Part shown: one piece after another, positions 25,116 to 37,654 of the stretch
How the letters are laid out: every line of letters starts with the position of its first letter
How positions within the stretch are numbered: the first letter of the stretch is position 1
NCBI GenBank assembly: GCA_030324005.1
Contig: JARDVH010000133.1
Location: 24,579,375-24,643,374, forward strand
Source: Negaprion brevirostris
Taxonomy: Eukaryota
Direction of reading: 5' to 3'
Length of the DNA: 64,000 nt
Program-made: the position numbers and the translations under genes
The notes under the pieces: model-generated
Told to the model about the DNA's origin: nothing
What the model saw: only the letters and a program-made list of their open reading frames with translations
Database searches by the model: none

Positions 25116-25388
25116 AGAATCCTGAGGACAAATGTGGAAGGAGGCCGTACTGGCCTATCGGGTCTGCACCGATCACAATCCCACCAGTCACCCCACACGT
25201 TTACTCTGCTAATCCCCCCTGAGACTCGGTTCAATTGAGTACCCTAACCAGCACATCTTTGGGACTGTGGGAGGAAACCCACGCAGACACGGGGAGAGTG
25301 TGCAAACTTCACACGGTGACTCGAGCTGAAAATTGAGCCTGGGTCCCTGTCGCTGTGAGGCAGCAGTGCTAACCCACTGTGCCCCCGT
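25116..25388 (-). mobile_element. HE1-type V-SINE
   Basis: Reverse complement of head, V-domain and tail. Confidence 0.85.
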
Positions 25389-25624
25389 AAACACAGCAGC
25401 CCAAGCGCTGAGATGAGTGATTGCTTGAACTTTTTTTAAATTGTGTCAGTTGAAGGGAAAAATGTTGGCAAGAGCACCAGGGAGGTTCACTACTCTTTAA
25501 ATAGCACCATGGGATCCTTTAGCATCCTTCAGAATGAGCAGGGGAGGAGGGTGGGTTTATGGCACATTGCCAATGGAAATCTCCTTCAGCATGCCACCGT
25601 GTCCAGAGGAGCAACTCAATACTG

Positions 25625-26185
25625 GAACAAAGAACATTACAGCGCAGTACAGGCCCTTCGGCCCTCTGTTGCACCGACCAGTGGAATCAATCTCATGACC
25701 CTCTAACCTAAACTATTCCAATGTTTTCCATATGCCTATCCACTGACGATTTGAATGCCCTTAAAGTTGGTGAGTGCACAACTGCTGCAGGCAGGGCATT
25801 CCACACCCTTACTACCCTCTGAATAAAGAGCCTACCTCTGACATCCGTCCTATAATTACCACCCCTCAATTTAAAGCTACATCCCCTCGTGTTAGCCATC
25901 ACCATCTGAGGAAAAAGGATCTCACTGTCCGCCCTATCTAATCCTCTGATCATCTTGTATGCTTCAATTAGGTCACCTCTCAACCACCTTCTCTCTAACA
26001 AAAATAACCTCAAGTCCCTCAGCCTTTCTCATAAGACCTTCCCACCATACCAGCCAACATCCTGGTAAACCTCCTCTGCACGCTTTCCAATGCCTCCACA
26101 TCTTTCTTATAATGTGGCGACCAGAACTGCACGCAATACTCCAAGTGTGGCCGCCCCAGAGTTTTGTACAGTTGCAACATGAATT
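25625..26185 (-). mobile_element. CR1 3' fragment
   Basis: LFLLERRWLRGDLIEAYKMIRGLDR..FIQRVVRVWNALP. Confidence 0.92.
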
Positions 26186-26349
26186 GTCAGACAAGAACCT
26201 ACAGCCTTCAAATCTTGAGCAATAATAACAACCAGCCCAGGCGATCAACTTATCTCCCTCGGTGTGGTCGGGGGGGAGGGAAGACGAAGAAGAAGAGTGG
26301 TTACTGGCCTGCTCTCGGACTTTCTGCTCTATTTACCCCTCACACCTGG

Positions 26350-26660
26350 GAGGCACGGTGGCACAGCGATTAGNNNNNNNNNNAGTCCCAGCGTGGATCA
26401 CTATCTGTATGGAGTCCGCACATTCTCCTCGTGTCTGCGTGGATTTCCTCCGGTTTCTTCCCACAGTTGAAAGATGTGCGGGTTAGGTTGGTTGGCCATG
26501 CTAAATTGCCCCTTGGTGTACTGAGATGCGTAGGTTAGAAGGATTAGCGGGTAAAATATGTAGGGATGTGGGGGTAGGGCCTGGGTGGGATTGTGGTTGG
26601 TGCAGGCTCGATGGGCCAAATGGCCTCTTTCTGTGCTGTAGGGTTTCTATGATTCTATGA
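26350..26660 (+). mobile_element. HE1-type V-SINE
   Basis: Full head-to-tail match; ends (ttctatga)n. Confidence 0.9.
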
Positions 26661-26905
26661 AAATGGTGGCCGGTGCTGAGCTAATGGCTGCTCTTCCCTC
26701 ATCCAGGAACCATGAGTCCAAGATTCCAGCTGTCAGGTCGACAACTTTGCACAGACATGGGTTTAAACTTTCATCAGTGCTGCAAAACCTGGTTCTGGGA
26801 GTTGTCTGCCTTTTGTAAGGTTTAAAATCGGGTTATGCAGTGAAGTTGCTATGAACATCCCCTCATCGCCACATTCCGGTGCCTGTTTGGCTAACGCTAA
26901 GGGAG

Positions 26906-27047
26906 CAGTAACAAGTCTCTCAACACCAGGTGATGAAGAGGCAGCGCTCCGAAGGCTCGTGATAACAAATAAACTTGTTGGACTTTAACCTGGTGTTGTG
27001 AGACTTCTTATTGTGCCCATCCCAGTCCAACGCCAGCATCTCCACCT
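26906..27047 (+). mobile_element. Second foldback Penelope mini-element with a decayed hammerhead core
   Basis: Arms 26906-26930 / 26989-27013 around TGATGA-A-GAGGC agc GCTCC-GAAG-GCTC-GTGA. Confidence 0.72.
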
Positions 27048-27699
27048 CCTGTACTATCTCGGACTCAGAAAAGATTCTCTTAAATGTGTTCTTGGTATAT
27101 CTCCTACTTCATCCATCATAGCTCTCTTAAAGTAGCCATTCACACCACCTCATTCCCTTAGCTAGGAATAAAGTCTGTTCATTTTGCTCACTGAAAACAA
27201 ACTAATCTGATCCATTTGTTGCTTTTATCTTCAATTGTATACACCTGTCACCATTCTCTGAAGTTCTCTATTATTAATTGTCTTTCAGCTTTACTTGTTG
27301 GGGAACAAGTATTTTATCAACACATTGACACCTCATCCTATCTGAGTCCAGTCATATCAAGAAGGATGGCCAATACACTCAGATGATTAGAATGTGATTC
27401 AGATGAACATCAATAGCATGTGTTTGATTCTTGTTTCAGTTGAGATACACGTGGGACATGTCTAATCAACTGGAAGGCAATGGCAAACAACCACTGACAA
27501 AACTGCCAAGAAAACTAGCTCAACATCAACAGAAAATAAGCCAAGGACCTGCTTTGAGCAGAGCACACAAAGATGAAGGAATATCTGGGACCTTAACAAA
27601 ACCTAGTTTACAGGTGAAGACTCTTTCCATTTTATGGAAGCTACTTCTTCCAATGCTTTATTGCACTAGATCATTTGCCAAATCTATGTCCCTGCCTGA

Positions 27700-28020
27700 C
27701 ATAGAAACATAGAAAATGGATACGGGAGTAGGCCTTATGACCTTATACGACTATTGAATATGATCATATTGATCATGCACTTTCAGTATCCCACTCCCAC
27801 TTTCTCTCCTTTCCCTTGATCCCTTTTAGCCACAAGGGCCACATCCAGCTGCCTCTTGAATATATCTGACAAACTGGCCCCAAAAGCTTTCTGAGGCAGA
27901 GAATTCCACAGGTTCACAATTCTCTGAGTGAAGACATTCTTCCTCATCTCAGTTCTGAATGGCTTACCCCTTATTCTTAGACTGTGACCCTTAGTTCTGC
28001 ACTTTCCCAACATTGGGAAC
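27700..28020 (-). mobile_element. CR1 3' fragment
   Basis: RTKGHSLRIRGKPFRTEMRKNVFTQRIVNLWNSLP. Confidence 0.9.
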
Positions 28021-28639
28021 ATGCTTACATAAGAACATAAGAACATAAGAAATAGGAGCAGGAGTAGGCCATCTAGCCCCTCGAGCCTGCCCCGCCATNN
28101 NNNNNNNNNNNNNNNNNNNNNNNNNNNNNNNNNNNNNNNNNNNNNNNNNNNNNNNNNNNNNNNNNNNNNNNNNNNNNNNNNNNNNNNNNNNNNNNNNNNN
28201 NNNNNNNNNNNNNNNNNNNNNNNNNNNNNNNNNNNNNNNNNNNNNNNNNNNNNNNNNNNNNNNNNNNNNNNNNNNNNNNNNNNNNNNNNNNNNNNNNNNN
28301 NNNNNNNNNNNNNNNNNNNNNNNNNNNNNNNNNNNNNNNNNNNNNNNNNNNNNNNNNNNNNNNNNNNNNNNNNNNNNNNNNNNNNNNNNNNNNNNNNNNN
28401 NNNNNNNNNNNNNNNNNNNNNNNNNNNNNNNNNNNNNNNNNNNNNNNNNNNNNNNNNNNNNNNNNNNNNNNNNNNNNNNNNNNNNNNNNNNNNNNNNNNN
28501 ATAAGTGATAGTAAATGGGGAAAACAAAGTCACCCCTTTCACCTTTCTTATAATGCGTAGAAAATTAACATGCTGCACACATTGCATCCCTAGGAAATCA
28601 TGTTAGTCATAACCACACATACCAGCCCCTGAACAATCA

Positions 28640-29360
28640 TTCATATAATGGCTCTTCAAATAACGTTTCTGGTTTTTGGCTGACTTCCATGTCAAAAAGT
28701 TTATCATTTGCTGCTACTGCATATTAAGCATCATAATAGTTTGCCACACTGCCACTGAAAAGTCCTGGAAGAAAGAAACTTTTGCCCCACCATGGAGCCA
28801 AGTCCCACCATGCTTGGCAACCCTTGAAACTCTCTGGTAGTCCCTGAAGCAATGGAATCATATGACAATAGGCCATGGATGTTGATTGTCCCAATGCCTC
28901 GAGGAAAGGATACAATTCAAGCTTGATCCATCCTGCCTTTGTATCAAAGTTAAAAAACATGGCAGTCAGCCTTAAAAATATTTAACTGGGAACTCATCCT
29001 CCGCTCCCTGTGGAAAACCGATCACATGGACATCTTCCTCTGGCACCGATTTTCCAGATCCATCAGGATATCTGACATACCATGCAGCTGACTCTCTAAA
29101 GACTGGCAGAGCAGGCCCAAAGAACCAAATGGCTTACTCCGACTCCCGCTTTTAGTAGCTATGTTTCTATAATTGCAGCCAAGCCTCGACTGAATAAGTA
29201 ACACTTTCAACATTAGGAATTATATCCTTCCGCCTCAGTGACCCACTTACCAATAGTCTGTAGGTCATCCAGGTGAATGTTAATGTTCTGTGCCAGAATA
29301 CCAAGTTTGTCAACTGTAACTTTGATAATGTTTGCAGTCATCGCCTGTAAACACCTTCTC
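28640..29360 (-). mobile_element. L1-clade LINE ORF1 remnant
   Basis: Coiled-coil-like stretch, then DLENRCQRK..IGFPQGAE, resembling the L1 ORF1p DLENRSRRxN..GxPE motif. Confidence 0.7.
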
Positions 29361-29639
29361 GNNNNNNNNNNNNNNNNNNNNNNNNNNNNNNNNNNNNNNN
29401 NNNNNNNNNNNNNNNNNNNNNNNNNNNNNNNNNNNNNNNNNNNNNNNNNNNNNNNNNNNNNNNNNNNNNNNNNNNNNNNNNNNNNNNNNNNNNNNNNNNN
29501 NNNNNNNNNNNNNNNNNNNNNNNNNNNNGTTGAAGTGACCATGAGCTGTGCAACAGGATAAAATAAGGATTAAAAACCAAGCAGCACAAGAGCTGATAGA
29601 AACATGACTATTTCCACTCACGCACCACATTTTTCCTTT

Positions 29640-29985
29640 TCAGATAACAGTCAAATTCTCTCTTGAATGCCTCAATTGAATCTACCTCTACCACACTTTC
29701 GGGCAGTGCATTCCAGAACTTAATCACTTGCTGTGTGAAGAGGCTTTTCTCTGACATCAGTTTTGCTCCTATTGCAAATTATTTTAAATCTGTGAGCTCT
29801 CATTCTCGATCCTTTCACACATGGGACAGTTCCTCCCTAGCTACTCTGTCCCGTCCCCTCATGATTTTGAATATGTTGATCAAATCTCCTCTCAGCCTTC
29901 TTTTCTCCAAGAAAAACAGTCCCAACTTCTCCTATTTATCTTCATGATTAAAGTTCCTCATCCCTGGAACCATTCTTGTGAATTT
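29640..29985 (-). mobile_element. CR1 fragment
   Basis: Reverse complement of CR1 3' ORF2 (cagtgcattccaga; caaatctcctctcagccttcttttctccaag). Confidence 0.8.
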
Positions 29986-30446
29986 GTTTCATATACAGAT
30001 TATCCATGGAATCTGATCTCCATTCAGCACAGAATGCCTACCGAACATTTGTTTTTGTTGTTTAAAAGTATACCTTGTGCATAACATTTATGAAAGTACG
30101 TTACAAAATATTTTAACGAGAAAATTACAGAAAGTGCCATAAAATTCCACTTAACTCCACACAGTGTGTTCCACTCCTAGGTGCCTCTGTACAATTGTAA
30201 TTCTCTTGATATTTACAATTTAAATTTCCTGCCAGGCATACAAACTGAGGGCAAAACATTTCAAATTGAAAAATTACAGAATGTGCAATAGATTTCAGCT
30301 TTCCCTTATACAGCGCATTCCTCTCTGAGATGTCTTAGTGCAATTTCTATATTTGCGATGAGCATAAAAATGCCTATCGAGTTCATCCGAAAAGACAGTA
30401 TGAGGGTGTGGCCTGTAGTCTATTTTCTCTCCACATTGTACTCATT

Positions 30447-30573
30447 GGGTGGGATTTTACAGCCTCACTCAGGCAAGGCTCGTAAAATCCCCCCCTGAGG
30501 CCAACGGAGAATTGTGTTCTGTGAGCCTTGCCTGCCCAGATTTCGGGGTGAGCGAGCTGGTAAAATTTTGTCC
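30447..30573. mobile_element. Short MITE
   Basis: TIRs gggtgggattttac / gtaaaattttgtcc. Confidence 0.65.
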
Positions 30574-30614
30574 ACTATGTCCAGATTGGAAGAATAAAAG
30601 GTTGAGTTCTTTCA

Positions 30615-31325
30615 AGTATTTATTCTTGAGAGGAGGCACTGCTGGCAAGCCCAGCAATTACTGCTCATTCCCCAATTGCCCTTGAGAGGTGGTGTGATGC
30701 CTTCTTGAACCACTGCAGTCCATGTGGTGTAGTTATCCCCAAACTGCTGTTCAGAAGAATGTTCCTGAATTTTGATGCAGTGACACTGGAAGAATGGTGA
30801 TATATGGATGGTACGTGACTTGGAGGGAAACTTGCAGGTGATGGTGTCCCCATGTGTCTGCTGGCATTGTTCTTTGAGGTGGTAATGGTTGCAGGTTTGG
30901 AAGGTGCAGCCGAAGGAGCTTTAGGAAGCTGCTCCTTTGTATCTTGTAGGTGCTACACATGGTAGTCACTCTGCACTGGTGGTGAAGTGAATGATAATCT
31001 GAGGTACGGAAGGGATGCCAATCAAGCAGCTGCTTTGTCCTGGATGGTGATAAGTTGCAATCCTGTAGGCAGATGGAGAGTATTCCTTCACACTTCTAAC
31101 TTGTGCCTTGTAGGTGGCAGAAAGTCTTTGGGGAGTCAGAAGTTGGGTTACCTACTGTTGAATTCCCAGCTTCTGACCTGCTCTTGTGGCCACAGTATTT
31201 ATGCGGCTGGCCTAATTAAGGCCCTGGTCAATGGTAATCCCTCAGAATACTGATTTGGTGGGGGGGATTACTCAGTGATGGTAATGCCATGGAACATCAG
31301 TAGGGAATTGTTAGATTCTTTATAT
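30615..31325 (-). mobile_element. LINE family B 3' part
   Basis: Reverse complement of 6400-6880 and 56750-57420. Confidence 0.82.
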
Positions 31326-31649
31326 ATGGTCTTTTGGTGAATTACATCTCAATTTAACCCAAAGCATTCTAGGCTTGAGTCTCCTGTCTGACCAGTTCAA
31401 GTACAAAATCTACTCTTCTTTATACAGTACATACTTCAATGATCATTCTGAGGAAGATAGTAATTTTCTGATGTTGGATTCTGTTTCCTTGTCTGATCTG
31501 CCTGTATATTTTGAGGTGCAGATCTTTCTAACTATAATGAACGTATTTAAACTTACATATGCTCAAGAAAAAACGACATTGTGCAGTTTCTGCTTGCATC
31601 CAGATCTCTTTCTATTGTTGCATTTTTACACATTCCCTTGCCTCTGTTC

Positions 31650-32215
31650 CACACAGTCTTTGGGTCAAGAATTAAAGACCTTCCGATCTTCAAGGTTGAA
31701 TGGCTCTAGTAGAAGAGGGTGTTCTGGGAGATATTTCATAACTTGGCATGCCTTGCCATGGTCACAATCAACAGAATGTGTTTGGCTGTACCCCACTTCT
31801 GAGGCAATTGAGGCACAGCTAGGTAGATCACATTTCAGTGACTCTGAATGGGAGGTCATTAGGCAACACATGTGCCTTGTCTGCCAATGTGCTGACCACA
31901 TATTAAGGTGGCAGCTGTGTGGATTACAGTCTAAGGGCTAGACTGTATGTAAGGAACTGTCCCTCTTTGTTGCTGGGTCTTTCTGGAAAAGACAATGGTG
32001 AGGGTCACAGGTCCACTTTGCCTCTGGTAATTTGCCTCTTTATAGAGGATGAAGCAAGCAGATATAGTTTTAGTAGCTTTCAGGCAGCCAGTAATAACTC
32101 CTACGGCTGTGTTGAGGATGAAACCTGTCTTCTTGACATGGAAAGAGCATTCCCTATCTGGACTACAATGCTGCACCAAACTTTCTGCACTTAGGTGACA
32201 TTTGTTTGTCCTGGT
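31650..32215 (-). mobile_element. Ingi/Vingi (or RTEX)-like LINE 3' remnant
   Basis: HCSPDRECSFHVKK..LNTAVGVITGCLKAT and GYSQTHSVDCDHG..QVMKYLPEHPLL resemble the recalled YCAPVW..H..LN...ITGCLKPT and WG..CDCG..QT..H...CP motifs. Confidence 0.6.
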
Positions 32216-32436
32216 TGTGATTCAAGTACTTCTTTATATCAGGCTCATGTGATAGAAAAGGAGGGTTTTCAGGGGAAAATAATGACACTTTACTGGCTTT
32301 CACTCAGTGTCACATAGAGTGAAGTATACAGCTGAGTGGCTGAGGAACTGCACTGTCCGAGGACAACAGTTTTATTGTTCACTAATTGATAGCAGTGAAC
32401 AATAGTTTACTTTTTGTGATATCGACAGGCAACAGA

Positions 32437-33962
32437 CCAGTGACTCAATGGCTTATAATTTCACCTCAGCACAACTGATGAAAAATAAATATGTCTATTC
32501 CTAATCGAACAATGATTAAGAATGGTATCGCATGCAAATCTTGCCCAAGAAGACATGCACGTACTCTGTTTCTTCACCCAGAGAGTGGTCAGCTTGTGGA
32601 ATTTCCTACCGAAGAAAGCAGTTGAGGCCAAAATGTTGCATGTTTTCAAGAAGGAATTAAATTTAGCTTAGGGGACTAAAGGGTTCAAAGGATATGGGAA
32701 GAAAGTGGGAACAGGCTGTTGAATTGGATGATCACAATGAATGACACAGTGGGTTCAATGGGCCGAACCATTCTCCTGCTCCTATGTTCTATGTTNNNNN
32801 NNNNNNNNNNNNNNNNNNNNNNNNNNNNNNNNNNNNNNNNNNNNNNNNNNNNNNNNNNNNNNNNNNNNNNNNNNNNNNNNNNNNNNNNNNNNNNNNNNNN
32901 NNNNNNNNNNNNNNNNNNNNNNNNNNNNNNNNNNNNNNNNNNNNNNNNNNNNNNNNNNNNNNNNNNNNNNNNNNNNNNNNNNNNNNNNNNNNNNNNNNNN
33001 NNNNNNNNNNNNNNNNNNNNNNNNNNNNNNNNNNNNNNNNNNNNNNNNNNNNNNNNNNNNNNNNNNNNNNNNNNNNNNNNNNNNNNNNNNNNNNNNNNNN
33101 NNNNNNNNNNNNNNNNNNNNNNNNNNNNNNNNNNNNNNNNNNNNNNNNNNNNNNNNNNNNNNNNNNNNNNNNNNNNNNNNNNNNNNNNNNNNNNNNNNNN
33201 NNNNNNNNNNNNNNNNNNNNNNNNNNNNNNNNNNNNNNNNNNNNNNNNNNNNNNNNNNNNNNNNNNNNNNNNNNNNNNNNNNNNNNNNNNNNNNNNNNNN
33301 NNNNNNNNNNNNNNNNNNNNNNNNNNNNNNNNNNNNNNNNNNNNNNNNNNNNNNNNNNNNNNNNNNNNNNNNNNNNNNNNNNNNNNNNNNNNNNNNNNNN
33401 NNNNNNNNNNNNNNNNNNNNNNNNNNNNNNNNNNNNNNNNNNNNNNNNNNNNNNNNNNNNNNNNNNNNNNNNNNNNNNNNNNNNNNNNNNNNNNNNNNNN
33501 NNNNNNNNNNNNNNNNNNNNNNNNNNNNNNNNNNNNNNCCAGAATCCATATGAAAGTTAGACGAACAAGCACTGAATTTGTGTATTGTGCCATGCCTTGA
33601 CTGATGAAATGTTAAGTATGAATCTTTATTGTCCAATAAACCTTATTCATTTGAGTTCTAAGTTAATGATTGTCCTTTTTGCCAGTGACTCAATGGCTTA
33701 TAATGTCACCGCAGCGCAACTGATGAAAAATAAATATGTCTATTCTTAATCGAACAATGTTTAGGAATGGTATCGCAAGCAAATCTTGCCCAAGAGGGCA
33801 TGCACATACCCTGTTTCTTCACCCAGAGAATGGTCAGCCTGTGGAATTTGCTACCAAAGAAGGCAGTTGAGGCCAAAACATTGTATGTTTTCAAGAAGGA
33901 ATTAAAAATAGCTCAGGGGACTAGAGGGTTCAAAGGATATGGAGAGAAAGTGGGAACAGGCT
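32437..33962 (+). repeat. 281-bp direct repeat (32437-32717 and 33682-33962), each about 130 bp unique sequence plus a CR1 3' fragment
   Basis: Gap-free alignment by eye, roughly 90% identical. Confidence 0.9.
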
Positions 33963-36044
33963 TTATTCCTGAACAAGAATTTTCTTACTCTGGGGTTCAG
34001 AATAGAGTCCAAATCCCCACAATGCTAAAGGCATTAATACAAGTTGTTGTTGATGTTTTTGTTTGTTGGGAGCAATTGCTTTCTGTACTTTATCTACTCC
34101 CAATAACATTGATGGATCTTGGTATGCACAGAATCACTGGTACAAAGCCATACCCTATCACTGTGTGCCAGTATACCACAGCCCCAGTGTGCAGTGACTC
34201 CACGCTCTGTTCTTCATTAATCATTACTTCATTAATTGTCTTTCTGCCCCTCATGTTAGGACATTGGTACAAACCTCATTCCTTAATATATCACAGATTT
34301 CTCATTCTTGGTTATTTTACATGAACTATTGATTTATTAATATATTTGACATTTATACAGTAATAATAATAAATGTGTATGTGCAAAATTTGTCTGCCTA
34401 ATTAAAATGCTCATTCAAAGTTCCCTTTTTTTAATTCTTCCTTTCTGAGTCTTTGTACCCTGGATGAGAGGCTATACAAGCAGCCTGCTCTCTCATGCAG
34501 CTCTAAAACTGGTTGCTAAGATTCTAATTGTATGAGACAGGCTCGGGCTCATTGACTTGCACATTTCTGAACAGAAAACAGTTTTTCTCACTCTGAGGAA
34601 TGGCTTGACTTTAACTCTTGTCACTTCTCACTGATGACCTAATTGAGATGGGGAACATGTTGACAGGCAACCATACACATCTGGAAACATGGTACAAATT
34701 GTATGCCAAAATTCAAACTATCGCGTGTTGTACACGTGCAGTGAACCATGCAATTACCTCCATTCACTTAGAGAATTTGTAACTGATTGTCACTTCTTGG
34801 GAAGTCCAAATATATTTTCTCCTTGTTAAAAATAGCATCTGTCATCTTTGCTCTTAACTGACAAATTAAACTGACGACGTTGGGACCTGTAGTGCCGCCA
34901 ATAAATTTAATTTATTTCACTACACCTCAGCTATAACTAGCACTATGTCTTGCCGAATTGATTTCATTTATGCGAATGTTACCGAAAAAGCTTGGAACCA
35001 TTATATACATAATCATCGCTCTTACACATTTTGTGGCCAAAGTGACTATGTCCGTGGAGATTTTTTGTTTGGTTGTTTTACAATAAATGGCAGAACTGAA
35101 ACTCAACAGGTCAGGCATTAACATTTAGTTGAGTGTAATATTCTCTCTCTACAGTGCGGTAACAATAAGCCACATTTTCCTCTGAGGGGAAAAATGCCAA
35201 TTTTGAAATCATACTTTACAGCCTGTCCACACAATTGTGGGAATGTATAGTTTTCTTTTGTGATTTTCCAGCACGTCATTTCATTCATGTGAACAAAGCA
35301 TAGTACCCAATCATGGCACATTTACAATATTGACATTTCGATGATTCCCAATCAGTTATTAAGGTATGTGCAAAAATACTACAGACAGAAATAAATGATG
35401 GCACACCTATAGTGAGGAAAGAAGTAACAGTGAAAATAATAGAGTTTGTATTATACAAGCTATGAGAGGAAGGAGAATGCAGTGCATGAAGGAATTTTCA
35501 TGGACATATCACCCTACTGTAATCCCCATTGCTGTAACATTTAAATGTAAAACTGGTATCTAATGACAGGAATGCAGTGTGGAACAGCTTGTGGCTCATT
35601 ATATATGAGCACATATTAGTTGATTAATTCAGGAGGAAGAGTTAATAAGATGTTGGAACTGGAGATGTTGGAGTGGTGTACAGAAGTGCTGGTATGTGGT
35701 ACATTACTGATGAATACTATAATTTGGATAAACATTCTATTAGAACAGTGTACCTATATTCATAAACTTCATGGGACCCCACCCTTNNNNNNNNNNNNNN
35801 NNNNNNNNNNNNNNNNNNNNNNNNNNNNNNNNNNNNNNNNNNNNNNNNNNNNNNNNNNNNNNNATTTCTTTATTTAACAAATAACAAGTCTTGACAAGTT
35901 TCCAGATTGTATCTGATGATGGGAGTGGACTCCCAAATTTTGTGCATAGAATATATTTAACATTTTGATTACTGGCTCTAATTTTTAATTTTATCTGGTA
36001 CTAAATGCACAACTCCACCAATTTTAAAAGAAGTTGTTACCATA

Positions 36045-36400
36045 CATTTTTATTCATTCATGGCTCGTGGGCATTGCTGTCTGGTCAGCATTTATTACCC
36101 AACCCTAGTTGCCCTTGGAGGGCAGTTGAGAGCCATCCACATTCCTGTGGCTTAGGATCACATGTAGGCCAGACTGGGTAAGGACGGCACATTTCCTTCC
36201 CTAAAGGACATTAGTGAACCAGATGAGTTTTTCCGACAATCAACGATGGTTTCATGGCCACCAGTAGATTCTGAATTCCAGATAGTTTTTTTTAATTGAA
36301 TTCAAATTCCACCATCTGCCATGGTGGGATTCGAAACCAGGTCCCAGAACATTAGCTGTGTTGCTGAATTAATAGTCTAGCGATAATCCCACTAGGCTAT
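36045..36400 (-). mobile_element. SINE family B, full length
   Basis: Reverse complement of 496-885 and 8406-8735. Confidence 0.82.
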
Positions 36401-37319
36401 CAGCTCACATACGAATTGTGAAATACGATAAATGTTCACTGTAATGTCCACAGGTCTCTAAACAACAAAAGTGTGGGGGAGCAGAAGGGAGAAGAATTTC
36501 TCGCCTCCACATGATGTTGTTCATATAGATTGTTTCCAATATCCATCTCCCCATTGAAGATAAAGCAGTGACAGGACTTCCAAATTTGTCTTGTGGTGTA
36601 GCCAAGGTCAAAACTCCTGCCTGTGAATGGCTCATTTTAAGAGTGCAGGGCATTTCAATATTTTAGGCCAGCACCAGTGCCAATTACAACAGAGCTTGGG
36701 GAACCCACCTGAGCTGGGGATGAATATTAGCAAATTGCTGTGGCCAGTTGTCATGGAATCAGTGGGTCTGTAGTTCCTTCGTGACAATTGCTTTTTTTTT
36801 AAGTGCCCTCCAATGTTGCCTGCAGGTAATATGATTGATAGTGTTGCTGCCTTTTAAAATTTAAATCCTCCAAGGCCCTTAGCAGCACTGGACACACAAT
36901 TATCCTTTACACTCAGTGTTGCTAGGTCACACATTATGCACATATTATTCACATGCAGAATCTTTGGCAGATGCAAAAGGGAGTGGAGAAAGATGTAACC
37001 AAAGAGAAAATTTAGCCCTAAGGAAATGTAACAAAAGGAAAAATGTGGGAGATTTGGCTTAGTTGTTAAAACAGCTTAAATTAGAATGATAAATTTATTT
37101 CAGGGTACACGAGTGAGCAATATTAAGTGTTTAACTCAAAGTGCCTTGTGTTATTTGACTATAAGGACCACAGAGTGGATTGATAAACGCGCCATCTCTT
37201 CCTGCAGCACACAAGGGCTAGATTGTTCACTTGTTCCTGAGGTGTAAAACTAATGGTATGGATTGACTGGCCATTATAGCAGCCAATAAATTCTATTGCC
37301 AATGAAAATCCACTATTTA

Positions 37320-37638
37320 ATGGCATGGTGGCATAGTGGTTAGCACTGCTGCTTCACAGCACCAGGGACTTCGATTTGATTCTGGCCATGGGTGACTGTC
37401 TGTGTGGAGTTTGCAAGTTCTCCCCATGTCTGTGTGGGTTTCCTCCGGCTGCTCTGGTTTCTTCCCAAAGTCCAAAAATATGCTGGTTAGGTTGATGGGC
37501 CTTCCTACATTGTCCCTTAGTGTTGGGAGATTAGGAGGGCAAATACATAGGGTTATGGGGATAGGATCTGGATGGGATTGTTGTTGGTGCAGGCTCAATG
37601 GGCCAAATGGCCTCCTTCTGTGCTGTAGATTCTATGAT
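37320..37638 (+). mobile_element. HE1-type V-SINE
   Basis: Head, V-domain and tail all present. Confidence 0.9.
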
Positions 37639-37654
37639 AATCAGTGGTTAATCC

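Noticed and set aside
31375-31941. 188-aa plus-strand ORF
   Set aside because: No recognisable domain, non-ATG start, and partly antisense to a LINE remnant.
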